Positions 1 through 9,336 of a DNA stretch of 64,000 nt are shown piece after piece. The notes under the pieces are model-generated. The model was not told where the DNA came from and did not search any database. It saw only the letters and a list, made by a program, of their open reading frames with translations. The first letter of the stretch is position 1. Every line of letters begins with the position of its first letter. Origin of the DNA: an uncultured Desulfomonile sp. (lineage in GTDB: Bacteria > Desulfobacterota > Desulfomonilia > Desulfomonilales > Desulfomonilaceae); contig CAZIVV010000010.1 in assembly GCA_964542775.1 (NCBI GenBank), positions 1-64,000 on the forward strand, in the 5' to 3' direction. The translations under genes and the position numbers were made by a program.

Positions 1-505
1 AATTTATCGCAACATTCCCCAGAGCGTTTTTCTTCCAAAGCCTTACACTGATGCCCTGAACTATCTTTACGAAGATTTTTCAGAGGGTCGCACTTTTTCT
101 GAATCTACGTCTGACATCCCGGAAGGAACAGTTTCCGTATCGAAGATGGATCTGTTCGATTTTGCGAGGGTAGCCAGAATAGCATTTCATGAAACGGGGA
201 CTGACTTTGCCCAACAAGTAACGAATCTTGAAAACAAGGCTGTGGAAAAGGGGTGCGTGGTTATTCAGGTATGGTTAAAACTCACTGAGCCCTGGGTAGG
301 TAAGGTGGTGACAATTCTTCAGAAGAGGGGCTTTATCCTGGGTGGTTTACTTCCACAGTGGTTCGATGAAGATGGTCTTCTGATGCAGAAACTTCACTTT
401 CAGCCCGATTTTGATTCAATCCAGATTCATTCTGAACGTTCGATACAGATCGCCAAAATGTTGAAAGAGGAATACATTCAAATGTCGGCGAAAAGGATCA
501 GTTAG
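1..505 (+). CDS. Hypothetical protein, 3' fragment (ORF runs off the window edge; no stop in frame back to position 2)
   Basis: The reading frame of the 146..505 ORF stays open upstream to nt 2 (translation ...IYRNIPQSVFLPKPYTDALNYLYEDFSEGR...), so the true start lies outside the window. I recognise no family. Confidence 0.4.
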   Translation, partial: IYRNIPQSVFLPKPYTDALNYLYEDFSEGRTFSESTSDIPEGTVSVSKMDLFDFARVARIAFHETGTDFAQQVTNLENKAVEKGCVVIQVWLKLTEPWVGKVVTILQKRGFILGGLLPQWFDEDGLLMQKLHFQPDFDSIQIHSERSIQIAKMLKEEYIQMSAKRIS

Positions 506-551
506 TGGCTCAAGAATGGGGCATCCGGAGCAGCTTGGCCTTGTTTGATCT

Positions 552-1532
552 TCAGGTTTGATCATCCATGTCATAACCGGTTATTGTCTCAGGAACGCCC
601 TCCGGTTTTTCAGGATAAATCGAGAGGTCTTCCACACGTTTAAAAAGGGGCCACAATATTTCAGGTAACGAGTTGGGAGCCCCAAAAAAGAAAGCGTGGT
701 GGCCAAGCAAGTAAGATGTTCCCGCATAACCTTCATGGCAGTAGCGATTCAAAAATGCTTCCAGTCTACTCTTCTCTGCGTTGGTCAGGGCGCTGTTGTC
801 AGGAGAAAGTAAGGGTTTTTCCTCTTCCAGATATACAAGTTCAAGATTGTTCCAGTCCAGAGATGACAACGTCCTTCGAAAACAATCTGTTTCACTGGAT
901 AAATCGTCGTACGGGAACTGTTCCTGCTCAATTCTGATTGCTTCTTCAATTTTGCCAGTTTTCAGTAAATTGAAATTCTCGAGGGCCTTTTGGTGAATAA
1001 CGTAACAAACGAGAAATGTTTTATTGTATGCGTTGACCACTCTAACATCGTCGTCACTCAACCCTATGAAATTGAAAATGAATTGTGATCCAGTGCCTAT
1101 ATAGTCATCCAGTATCACCAGGGCTCGATTCCTGTAATTCCCTGGTTTCTTGAGTGTATCAGCCGTCAAAAAGTCAAATGTCCTGAAATCGACTGATGGA
1201 ATGAGGTTCGATTTTCGGTATATGTATGAAACGACATCGCCACTCTTGCACGTAAACTCACGACTAAAATCAACATCATGAAAGGTTTCAATATCAAAAC
1301 GGCTTTCTGAAAGCCTTTCGCAAAGCTTCTGGTGAAGGGCTCTGGTTTCCCGTCTGACTCGAGGTTGGGAATGATATTCAACATTGTTCAGTAACAGTAG
1401 AGCGGTGTCTCTATCTTCAGGCCTGAACCGGTCAAGCCATCGCTCAATTGCTTTCATGGGGATGACCGGCTCATTGAATCGGTCAAATATGTTTTGCAAA
1501 ATATTATCCGGTAATTCAGCTGAAAGTTTCAT
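552..1532 (-). CDS. Phosphoribosyltransferase (PRTase)-like domain protein of unknown function
   Basis: Motif ALVILDDYIGTGSQF matches the PRPP-binding signature of type I PRTases (hydrophobic run, DD, hydrophobic, then G/S-T-G). The flanking ~130-aa N-terminal and ~170-aa C-terminal extensions are unassigned. Confidence 0.55.
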   Translation of the reverse strand: MKLSAELPDNILQNIFDRFNEPVIPMKAIERWLDRFRPEDRDTALLLLNNVEYHSQPRVRRETRALHQKLCERLSESRFDIETFHDVDFSREFTCKSGDVVSYIYRKSNLIPSVDFRTFDFLTADTLKKPGNYRNRALVILDDYIGTGSQFIFNFIGLSDDDVRVVNAYNKTFLVCYVIHQKALENFNLLKTGKIEEAIRIEQEQFPYDDLSSETDCFRRTLSSLDWNNLELVYLEEEKPLLSPDNSALTNAEKSRLEAFLNRYCHEGYAGTSYLLGHHAFFFGAPNSLPEILWPLFKRVEDLSIYPEKPEGVPETITGYDMDDQT

Positions 1533-1963
1533 GGCTCATCGCCTCGTGAGCAATAGGCTCGCAATCTGCTTGAAGCGGGTCAAGCGCTGACTCCAGATCC
1601 TATCCTGAAATAAAAAAAATTGCAGTAAATTGAGAGTCAATCCAGTTTTTAAAGAATCGGACCTGGTTATATATAAGTGAACTCTGATAGTTACATGGGC
1701 TGGATAGGGCGGTGTTGTATTGTATCTGCGAACACGCTTCTAGAGACTTATTCTACAAGTCACGCGTTACAGAAGTCGCTTTGGTTGAAAGGTGGCCTGA
1801 CGCTTGTTAAACTAGATGAGAGTCAATCAGTTTCCGACAGGCGCCACGGTGTGGCCTGGCGTTTACTTTAGTGTATCGAATGGTACGAACATGCTTGATT
1901 TCCACTGCAATCAAAAATTTGAATTGGAACACGGAGGAACTCTCATGAGATCTCTACCGTCAC

Positions 1964-3478
1964 ATGATTATTATGTCTAAAAACTATCCCAATTTAATTA
2001 CCGGCTTGATGACATGCGTAATTCTATTGATAGCCACATGCTCTTACGCGGACAAGCCTTCCGCTGTGACTGTAGAGATTCCGAAGGATGTGAATCAGAA
2101 AGACGCTCCAGCGCCATCAAAAGTAACAGTTGAGGTTAAGAAGTCGGAAGGCAAGGATGCGCCGGAAGTAAAGGTTCAGGTGGAAGGTAAATCAGAAAAA
2201 GAAACAGCGCCTGCCAAAACTCCTGAACTACCTGCAATACTGCCACTTCCGGGAGAAAAACTCAGTCCGGTGGAGACCCAGCAGATAGACAAGGCTGCTG
2301 AAAAAGTTGGTAAAAAGGTCGAGGAAATTGAATTCAGGCTAGGATTGAAATGGGGTAGCTGGGTCTGGACCGAAGCTTTTTATGGAATCACCTGGTTCAA
2401 GATCCTCGCAGTCATTTTAGCCATAGCGCTTGTATTTCTTGTGGATCGAATTACTCGCTGGTTAATTCGCAGAAGGTTGCGGATGCTTCAGGACGCCAGA
2501 AGGAAACAAAGGTGGAAAGAACTTCTACTGGAGGCAGCAAGCAGACCCCTGAGTCTGTTCATCATAGTATATGGAATATATGCGGCAATTTCACCGTTGT
2601 TCGGGCATTTTGACAGACCTGGACAAGGAAACACCTTTCGCACAACAGCGGGATGGGCAACTGATCTGGTCGGTTCCTTTGTCATCCTCTGGCTCCTTTA
2701 CCGTTTGCTTCAGGCTTTTGAGAGGCTTCTGAGGCGATCGGTTCGAGAGGAGAAAGGCGTCGATGATCTGCTTGTTACCTTGTTGAGCAAGTCTCTGAGA
2801 ATAGTCATTGTGACACTTGGGGGAATTTTCCTGGTACAGAATTTGACCGGTCTGGAGCTTGGCCCGCTACTTGCCTCTCTTGGCCTCGGTGGCTTGGCAG
2901 TTGCTCTCGCAGCCAAAGATTCCATTTCCAATTTTTTTGGAACCCTGACCATAATTTTCGATCACCCTTTTGAGGTTGGTGACCACATTAAGCTGGCGAC
3001 TTACGAAGGGGTTGTTGAGTCCATAGGTTTCAGGAGCACTTTGATACGGACTTTTGATGGAGCATTGGTTTCTATTCCCAACGAGAAGGCCGTTAATTCA
3101 GGTGTCGAAAATGTAGGACGTCGCAGAACTATTCGTTGGCACACTAATATTGGAATTCGCTACGATACCTCGCCTGACAAGGTTACCAAGGCGGTTAGGA
3201 TCATATCCGAATCATTGTACGATGAAGAGAACATGAATGCGGATCAGCCACCGAGGGTTTTCTTCAATGGTTTCAACCAATCGAGTCTGAATATCACCAT
3301 ATTTGTCTGGTATAACAGGCCCACTGAGTGGTGGAGCTATCAGGAATGGCTTCAGGATAGATGCCTCCAGATCATGCGTGAGTTTGAAAAAGAAGGCATA
3401 GAGTTTGCCTTTCCCACTCAGACTCTTTTTCTTGAAAACAACATTAACAAACCACCCAAATCCGCAGCTGATCGTTGA
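1964..3478 (+). CDS. Mechanosensitive ion channel, MscS family
   Basis: Several TM helices are followed by the conserved MscS core (LGLGGLAVALAAKDSISNFFGTLTIIFDHPFEVGDHIKLATYEGVVESIGFRSTLIRTFDGALVSIPNEK). The N-terminus carries a signal peptide and a Lys/Glu/Pro-rich periplasmic extension. Confidence 0.85.
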   Translation: MIIMSKNYPNLITGLMTCVILLIATCSYADKPSAVTVEIPKDVNQKDAPAPSKVTVEVKKSEGKDAPEVKVQVEGKSEKETAPAKTPELPAILPLPGEKLSPVETQQIDKAAEKVGKKVEEIEFRLGLKWGSWVWTEAFYGITWFKILAVILAIALVFLVDRITRWLIRRRLRMLQDARRKQRWKELLLEAASRPLSLFIIVYGIYAAISPLFGHFDRPGQGNTFRTTAGWATDLVGSFVILWLLYRLLQAFERLLRRSVREEKGVDDLLVTLLSKSLRIVIVTLGGIFLVQNLTGLELGPLLASLGLGGLAVALAAKDSISNFFGTLTIIFDHPFEVGDHIKLATYEGVVESIGFRSTLIRTFDGALVSIPNEKAVNSGVENVGRRRTIRWHTNIGIRYDTSPDKVTKAVRIISESLYDEENMNADQPPRVFFNGFNQSSLNITIFVWYNRPTEWWSYQEWLQDRCLQIMREFEKEGIEFAFPTQTLFLENNINKPPKSAADR

Positions 3479-3509
3479 AAGTCACCGAATCGGAAGAGGA
3501 TATGAATTA

Positions 3510-3938
3510 ATGATGCTCGCTGAACATCTTCAAATCGTCAGAACCTTACTTGATTTCGGAATAGTGATAGTTGTGTGGCTGGCCCAGGTCATAATGTATC
3601 CATGCCTTGCCCACATTGAAAAAAATGATTTTGTGGCATGGCACAAAGCCTATTGCCTGCGAATATCCTTTTTCGTTGTCCCTTTGCTTTGTGGACAGGC
3701 TGTGACGGTGGGCGTGCTGATCTATCTCGATCCAGACATGAGGAATACTCTGTCAGCTGTGATAATATTACTTTGCTGGGTCTCCACCTTTGGCCTGTCT
3801 GTGCCCTGTCACAACCAGCTTCAGGAAGCAGGTAAGGATCTCACTGTGATACGGAAGCTGGTATGGACCAATCTCATACGCACACTTCTATGGAGCATAG
3901 TATTCATGATCGGCGTCTGGAAACTGTTTCAACCATGA
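3510..3938 (+). CDS. Hypothetical small integral membrane protein (4 predicted TM helices)
   Basis: I place the start at the MMLAEHLQ doublet ATG, because a GGAAGAGGA Shine-Dalgarno sits 9 nt upstream. The track ORF 3405.. would overlap the end of the MscS gene. The protein is hydrophobic with no recognised motif. Confidence 0.5.
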   Translation: MMLAEHLQIVRTLLDFGIVIVVWLAQVIMYPCLAHIEKNDFVAWHKAYCLRISFFVVPLLCGQAVTVGVLIYLDPDMRNTLSAVIILLCWVSTFGLSVPCHNQLQEAGKDLTVIRKLVWTNLIRTLLWSIVFMIGVWKLFQP

Positions 3939-4226
3939 TTGCGCCCAGATGGATGAGCTCTGCGGACTTTCTGTTGCATTGTGATCAATCACCCTTTTCC
4001 AGATCATCGAATCGGAACATCAGTCAGGCGGCGCATGGTGTAAAAGAATTATTCCACCCAGAGCCAATAATGCTCAAGTGGCTTTGAAGACACAACGCTT
4101 GGTTAACTATTTAAGCTCCAAATGATCGGTTTGACCCCATCATAACTCAGTCAGGCAACCTCATTACATTTTGGTTGACGTGGAAGCAGGACTTGAGTTA
4201 AATTCAAGGACTTAAATATTCAGGCT

Positions 4227-4291
4227 TTTTCATGGCCTGATGCCGATTCAGCCGGCTTTTGATGGCCTTGAACTTCATTTATGGCCTTTTA
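4227..4291. promoter_or_regulatory. Three direct repeats TTT-N-ATGGCCT(T) upstream of the liv-type ABC operon (candidate regulator binding sites)
   Basis: ATGGCCT occurs at 4232, 4262 and 4281, each preceded by a T-run. The repeats lie 90-150 nt upstream of the substrate-binding-protein start at 4384. Confidence 0.3.
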
Positions 4292-4383
4292 AGATTAGCG
4301 AAGTTGACGCCCGGCCTTTCAACAGAGACGAAATATTAAAAGCGGCGTTAAAGCCGAATTATCAATAAGTAGGAGTTGGCCTT

Positions 4384-5664
4384 ATGTCTAATCGTCTGTC
4401 TCACTCGAGCTGTTGGTCCTTGTTTGTGGTCCTGATGCTTGTATTCTTAGGTTTTGGTCCGGGCATGAGCCCAAGTATAGCCGCAGAAAAAGTCATCAAG
4501 ATCGGCACGCTTTTCCCGTTAACCGGTCCTGTAGCGACCGCCGGTCAGCGATGCCAGGCAGCTGTTCAGACTGCCGTTGAAATTATTAACAACAAACATC
4601 CCGAGCTAAAGGTTCCACTCGCTGATCAGGAAGGCATACTGGATGGCTACAAAATAGTGCTGGTTCATGCAGATAGCCAGGGAAAACCGGATGTTGGCAA
4701 GTCCGAGGCTGAACGTTTGTTCAATCAGGAAGGTGTCTGGGCGATCATAGGTTCATACAACAGCGCAGTTAGCAAACCTGCCAGTCTTGTTGCCGAACGG
4801 ATGAAACGCATTTTTATGTGCGGAGCGTCCAGTTCAGCTGCTCTGACTCAGCGTGACATGAACTTTTTCTTCAGACTGGCGCCTACTGATGAAACAGAGT
4901 CTGTAGAATTTGTCGAGGTTATCAAATGGCTTAACGAAAAGAAAAAGGCCGACATCAAGACCATAGGCGTCATCTACGAAAATAGCGAATTCGGGAAGCA
5001 TGCCGCTGGCGAGGCCAAGAAAGCGGCAGCTGCCGCTGGGTTGAAAGTGGTTTCGGATGTTCCTTTCAGCCCTGGAGCCACCAACCTTAACAGTGAAGTG
5101 CAGACCCTCAAAAAAGACAATCCGGACGCAGTTTTAAGCGCGTTGCTGGGGGCGGATTACTCACTGTGGATTCGCACCATGAAGCAGATGGCCTGGCTTC
5201 CCAAAATAGTCATAAGCTATTGCTCGGGTTACCAGGATCCTGTGATAGCAAAACAGCTTGGACCTGACGCAGACTTCTTCATGGGATCCACAGCCTATTC
5301 TCCTCAATTCTCAATGTTAATGCCCGCGGTCGCTGATGTTGAAACCATTTTCAAGTCCAAGACCGGTGGAGTCCCATTCGATGGTGACAGCATTCAGGAA
5401 GCCGTTGCGATGCTGGTTCTTGCCCAAGCCATACAGAAGGCCGGTGGCCTCGATCCTGAAAAGGTAGCCGATACTCTGCACAAGAACACCTGGGATTCAC
5501 CACTTTCGCTCGGCGGAAAAGTCGCTTTCACCAAGGGTGGCCAGAATATCAAGGCTCACAGTGTAGTAACGCAGCTTCAGGGCGGAGAGTACAAACGCAT
5601 ATTCCCTGAAGAAATGGCCGACACTGAGATAGTGTTCCCCATGAAACCCTGGAATCAGAGATAA
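4384..5664 (+). CDS. Branched-chain amino acid ABC transporter substrate-binding protein (LivK/LivJ family)
   Basis: A signal peptide is followed by KIGTLFPLTGPVATAGQ, the type-I periplasmic binding fold hallmark of Leu/Ile/Val-binding proteins. It is the first gene of a five-gene ABC operon. Confidence 0.85.
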   Translation: MSNRLSHSSCWSLFVVLMLVFLGFGPGMSPSIAAEKVIKIGTLFPLTGPVATAGQRCQAAVQTAVEIINNKHPELKVPLADQEGILDGYKIVLVHADSQGKPDVGKSEAERLFNQEGVWAIIGSYNSAVSKPASLVAERMKRIFMCGASSSAALTQRDMNFFFRLAPTDETESVEFVEVIKWLNEKKKADIKTIGVIYENSEFGKHAAGEAKKAAAAAGLKVVSDVPFSPGATNLNSEVQTLKKDNPDAVLSALLGADYSLWIRTMKQMAWLPKIVISYCSGYQDPVIAKQLGPDADFFMGSTAYSPQFSMLMPAVADVETIFKSKTGGVPFDGDSIQEAVAMLVLAQAIQKAGGLDPEKVADTLHKNTWDSPLSLGGKVAFTKGGQNIKAHSVVTQLQGGEYKRIFPEEMADTEIVFPMKPWNQR

Positions 5665-5719
5665 GCTTTCGGGGAATACAATCGCTTAGTTTGCCGGATT
5701 TCTGGAAAAGCGAAACCTG

Positions 5720-5759
5720 CCAGGAGCAAGTATCCACGGACGGAGGGTCTTGCTCCTGG
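5720..5759 (+). terminator. Intercistronic stem-loop between the SBP and permease genes (11-bp perfect stem CCAGGAGCAAG/CTTGCTCCTGG, 18-nt loop). It may act as a partial terminator or mRNA stabiliser.
   Basis: The inverted repeat is read directly from the sequence and has no strong U-tract after it. In liv operons such a hairpin typically attenuates read-through into the permease genes. Confidence 0.4.
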
Positions 5760-5855
5760 CTCTTGGTAAAACGATTTCCTGCTGGTTAGCTAATAACGGC
5801 CCATTCTGTAAATACAGCGGGAATTTTTGAGTTTGGCTAGAAAGTTGCGGGTTTA

Positions 5856-6716
5856 ATGGAGACATTCATTCAGGTTCTGATTGACGGCATGCTCAGTGGG
5901 ATGCTTTACGCTCTTGTCGCTGCAGGGCTATGCCTTATTTGGGGGGTCATGGATGTCATCAATTTTGCCCATGGTGAATACCTCATGGTGGCCATGTACG
6001 TGAGTTACTGGCTGGGATTTCTTTTGAATGTTGATCCCCTGGTTTCAACCATTGCTGCCGGAGCGTTCATATTTATCCTCGGAGCGCTCACATACAAGCT
6101 AATAATCAGGTTCACAATCGGAAAACCCGGACTAGTGGCTCTGCTGGCTACCTTTGGGCTTGCCGTGTTTCTGAAGAACCTCTGTATGAACCAGTTTTCA
6201 CCAAATTTCCGAATTCTTTCTGATACCTGGTTAGGCGGTAAGACCCTTCTCATCGGAAGTATCATCATCGCTGTTCCGCAGTTGGCAGCGGCTCTGCTTG
6301 CGCTCGTAGTTGTGGGTTTGCTCTATGTAATGGTGAATTACACCAGATTCGGGTGGGCTGTTCAGGCCACGGCTATGGATCGGGACGCTGCGGAACTTGT
6401 AGGCATAAACACAGAGCGAATCTACGTGCTGGTATTTGGAATTGGAGGGGCGTGTGTTGGCATCGGTGGGGGAGTGATGCCGTCTTATCTGGCGGTGCAT
6501 CCGGAAGTTGGTTCAATGTTTGGACTAATCGCATTTGTTTGTGTTGCCATGGGAGGTTTCGGAAGTATACCGGGCGCTTTTCTTTCTGGGCTTCTGGTGG
6601 GAGTGGTTGAAGCTCTTGCCGGGTTCTACATCGCTCCAGTCTTCAAGTACATAGCGGTTTTTGGTCTTTATCTGGCTGTCATCTTTTTGCGGCCCAAAGG
6701 AATTTTTGGGTGGTAA
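5856..6716 (+). CDS. Branched-chain amino acid ABC transporter permease (LivH-like)
   Basis: Polytopic membrane protein in the conserved operon position after the SBP. It ends 7 nt inside the next permease gene, which suggests translational coupling. Confidence 0.85.
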   Translation: METFIQVLIDGMLSGMLYALVAAGLCLIWGVMDVINFAHGEYLMVAMYVSYWLGFLLNVDPLVSTIAAGAFIFILGALTYKLIIRFTIGKPGLVALLATFGLAVFLKNLCMNQFSPNFRILSDTWLGGKTLLIGSIIIAVPQLAAALLALVVVGLLYVMVNYTRFGWAVQATAMDRDAAELVGINTERIYVLVFGIGGACVGIGGGVMPSYLAVHPEVGSMFGLIAFVCVAMGGFGSIPGAFLSGLLVGVVEALAGFYIAPVFKYIAVFGLYLAVIFLRPKGIFGW

Positions 6717-7720
6717 AACACGTGGACCAAAAAGCATTCAGCACAAAAGACGCGTTATGGCTCGGTTTCTTTTTGGTATTGGGGATTTTGCCCTTGATTC
6801 CGGCCGTATCTGCTGACTCGTTTCGCCTTCACGTCATGATACTGATCCTGCTGTTCGCGTCCATGGCTCAGGCCTGGAACATAATAGGGGGATACTGCGG
6901 TCAGGTTTCTTTTGGGCATTCAGTCTTTTTCGGCATTGGAGCATACGGCGCGGGGATGGCTGTTGTCACCTACGGAGGAACTCCCTGGCCAGGTATAATC
7001 ATAGGTATGGCGCTTGCGGCCATAGTCGCTGTCGTAATCAGTTATCCATGCTTCAAACTGAGCGGACACTATTTTGCAATAGCGACATTTGCGATCGTGG
7101 AAATATTCAATCGGGCTTTCCTTGTATGGGATTGGGTTGGCGGAGCTTTGGGGCTTGATTATCCCATCATTCAGGATGGCCTCAAAAACCTCATGTGGCA
7201 TCAGTCAAAAATTGGTTATTACTACAGCGCCCTGGTAATATTCGGGATAGTCTTTGGAACTGTAAGATGGCTTGAGGGTCGGCGTTTTGGGTACTACATG
7301 AGGGCGGTTAGGGAAGGTCAGGAAACAGCTGAATCCCTCGGAGTAAACAGCACGGCGATAAAATTGACAGCCATGGCCCTGTCTGCCGCCATGGCCGCAC
7401 TATGCGGGGCTTTCTTCGTGCAGTATAACCTAAGGGTCGATCCTCCCATGGTGATGTCTCTGGATATGTCCATGAAATTTGTATTGATCACAATCCTCGG
7501 AGGATCCGGGACTTTGGCTGGGCCGCTCTTGGGGGCCTCGGTTCTGATTCCGCTTCAGGAATACAGCCGGGCGTTTTGGGGAGGGCTCGGTGGAGGTGTG
7601 GATCTTATAATTTTTGGTCTGCTTATCATTTTGATGGTAGTCAAACAACCTGATGGGATGATAGGCATAATTCGCAGCATCAGCCGATGGGCTTCGAGAA
7701 GAACCAAAGAGGAAATTTGA
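6710..7720 (+). CDS. Branched-chain amino acid ABC transporter permease (LivM-like)
   Basis: Second permease of the operon, with 8-10 predicted TM helices, followed immediately by the ATPase genes. Confidence 0.85.
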   Translation: MVKHVDQKAFSTKDALWLGFFLVLGILPLIPAVSADSFRLHVMILILLFASMAQAWNIIGGYCGQVSFGHSVFFGIGAYGAGMAVVTYGGTPWPGIIIGMALAAIVAVVISYPCFKLSGHYFAIATFAIVEIFNRAFLVWDWVGGALGLDYPIIQDGLKNLMWHQSKIGYYYSALVIFGIVFGTVRWLEGRRFGYYMRAVREGQETAESLGVNSTAIKLTAMALSAAMAALCGAFFVQYNLRVDPPMVMSLDMSMKFVLITILGGSGTLAGPLLGASVLIPLQEYSRAFWGGLGGGVDLIIFGLLIILMVVKQPDGMIGIIRSISRWASRRTKEEI

Positions 7721-7723
7721 GCG

Positions 7724-8482
7724 ATGGCTCTCCTTGACGTACAAGACGTTACTATGAAATTCGGGGAGTTGGTCGCGAACCGGCAAGTGAGCTTTACTGT
7801 TGAGGCTGGCTCCATCGTTGGTCTGATCGGTCCTAACGGCGCTGGTAAAACGACCCTGTTTAATTGTATCTCAGGACTGTGCAAACCTACGCATGGTCAC
7901 GTTTTCTTTGATGGCGAGGAAATAACCAACTGTAAGCCTTATGAAATTGCAGCCAGGGGCGCTGTTCGCACTTTTCAGGTGGTGCGTCCACTCAAGGACA
8001 TGACCGTTTTTGACAATGTTCTGGTGGGAGCTTTCCTGAAATGTTCGGACAAACGCAAAGCCTTTCAGAAGGCACAGGAATGTATCAGTTTGTGCAGCCT
8101 GGAGGCTTTTCAGGGAAGGTTGGCTGGCGAGTTGTCCATCGGTGGCAAGAAGAGACTGGAAATGGCTCGCGCCCTGGCTACAAGTCCGAAACTGCTCATG
8201 CTGGATGAGGTTATGGCGGGCTTGACTTCAACTGAGGTCAAGGAATCGGTGGAAGTAATCCAGAAGCTCAGGCAGGCGGGTTTGACATTGATGGTCGTAG
8301 AACATGTCCTGGAAGCGATAATGTCGATTGCCGACAAGATAGTGGTCCTTGATGGTGGAGTAAAAATTGCCGAAGATTCGCCGGGTCAAATCGTGAATGA
8401 CGAACGCGTTATAGAAGCTTACCTGGGAGCCAAGTACAGCCAGCGTTACCGGCAAAACAAGGAGGGTGAAGCCGTTGGTTGA
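7724..8482 (+). CDS. ABC transporter ATP-binding protein (LivG-like)
   Basis: Walker A GPNGAGKTT, ABC signature LSIGGKKRLE and Walker B LLMLDE. Confidence 0.9.
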   Translation: MALLDVQDVTMKFGELVANRQVSFTVEAGSIVGLIGPNGAGKTTLFNCISGLCKPTHGHVFFDGEEITNCKPYEIAARGAVRTFQVVRPLKDMTVFDNVLVGAFLKCSDKRKAFQKAQECISLCSLEAFQGRLAGELSIGGKKRLEMARALATSPKLLMLDEVMAGLTSTEVKESVEVIQKLRQAGLTLMVVEHVLEAIMSIADKIVVLDGGVKIAEDSPGQIVNDERVIEAYLGAKYSQRYRQNKEGEAVG

Positions 8483-9191
8483 TCCTATCCTCGATGTTTC
8501 TGGCATTTATGCCGGTTACGACGGCGCTCCAGTGGTATTTGGAGTCTCACTCGAAATAATGCCGGGTGAATTGGTAGCTATTGTAGGGGCGAATGGCGCC
8601 GGTAAGACAACCACAATGCGCTCCATAAGTGGTCTTATACATCCGTTCAAAGGACACATTTCGTTTTCTGGAAGAGATATTTCGAGGCTGGCGGCCCACG
8701 AGATTCTGAAACTGGGAATTAGTTATGTTCCAGAGGGACGCCGTGTTTTTGGAAAACTTTCAGTCAAAAAGAATCTGTATCTGGGAGCCTACACTGAAAA
8801 TTCGCAGACAGAAGTTAATCGACGGATGGATGAATTGTTCGGGATCTTTCCTGTTCTGGCTGCCCGGGCCAATCAGACCGCCGAAACTCTTAGCGGTGGT
8901 GAACAGCAGATGCTTGCAATTGCCAGGGGCCTCATTTCACGGCCCAAACTTTTGATGCTGGATGAGATGTCGCTAGGCCTGATGCCCAGCATGGTTGAAA
9001 AGATGATGGAAACAATTACATCCATCAACCGTTCGGGGACAACGATTCTTCTTGTGGAGCAAATGGTTCAGGAAGCCCTGGAAATAGCTCACAGAGGCTA
9101 CGTCATTCAGAACGGAAAGATAATCCAGTCAGGTCCTGCCAGCCAATTGCTTGATTCGGAAGAAGTTCGCAAAGCCTACCTTGGGATGTGA
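8466..9191 (+). CDS. ABC transporter ATP-binding protein (LivF-like)
   Basis: Walker A GANGAGKTT, signature LSGGEQQMLAIAR and Walker B LLMLDE. It overlaps the preceding ATPase gene by 17 nt. Confidence 0.9.
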   Translation: MKPLVDPILDVSGIYAGYDGAPVVFGVSLEIMPGELVAIVGANGAGKTTTMRSISGLIHPFKGHISFSGRDISRLAAHEILKLGISYVPEGRRVFGKLSVKKNLYLGAYTENSQTEVNRRMDELFGIFPVLAARANQTAETLSGGEQQMLAIARGLISRPKLLMLDEMSLGLMPSMVEKMMETITSINRSGTTILLVEQMVQEALEIAHRGYVIQNGKIIQSGPASQLLDSEEVRKAYLGM

Positions 9192-9336
9192 AGTCTTTGT
9201 CCCGTCTCCCGGTTAATCCGAAGACCCCTGCTGGTTGATCATTAAAGTTTTGATTATCATGAAGCTGATTGATCTGTCGGAGCCGACTGTCCGGTGAAAC
9301 TTGCGACTCCGACAGTTGATACATTACCGGTGTGAA

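Noticed and set aside
3405-3938. N-terminally extended form of the small membrane protein, overlapping the MscS gene end
   Set aside because: The extension lacks a Shine-Dalgarno and overlaps the MscS 3' end. An internal MM start at 3510 has a good Shine-Dalgarno.
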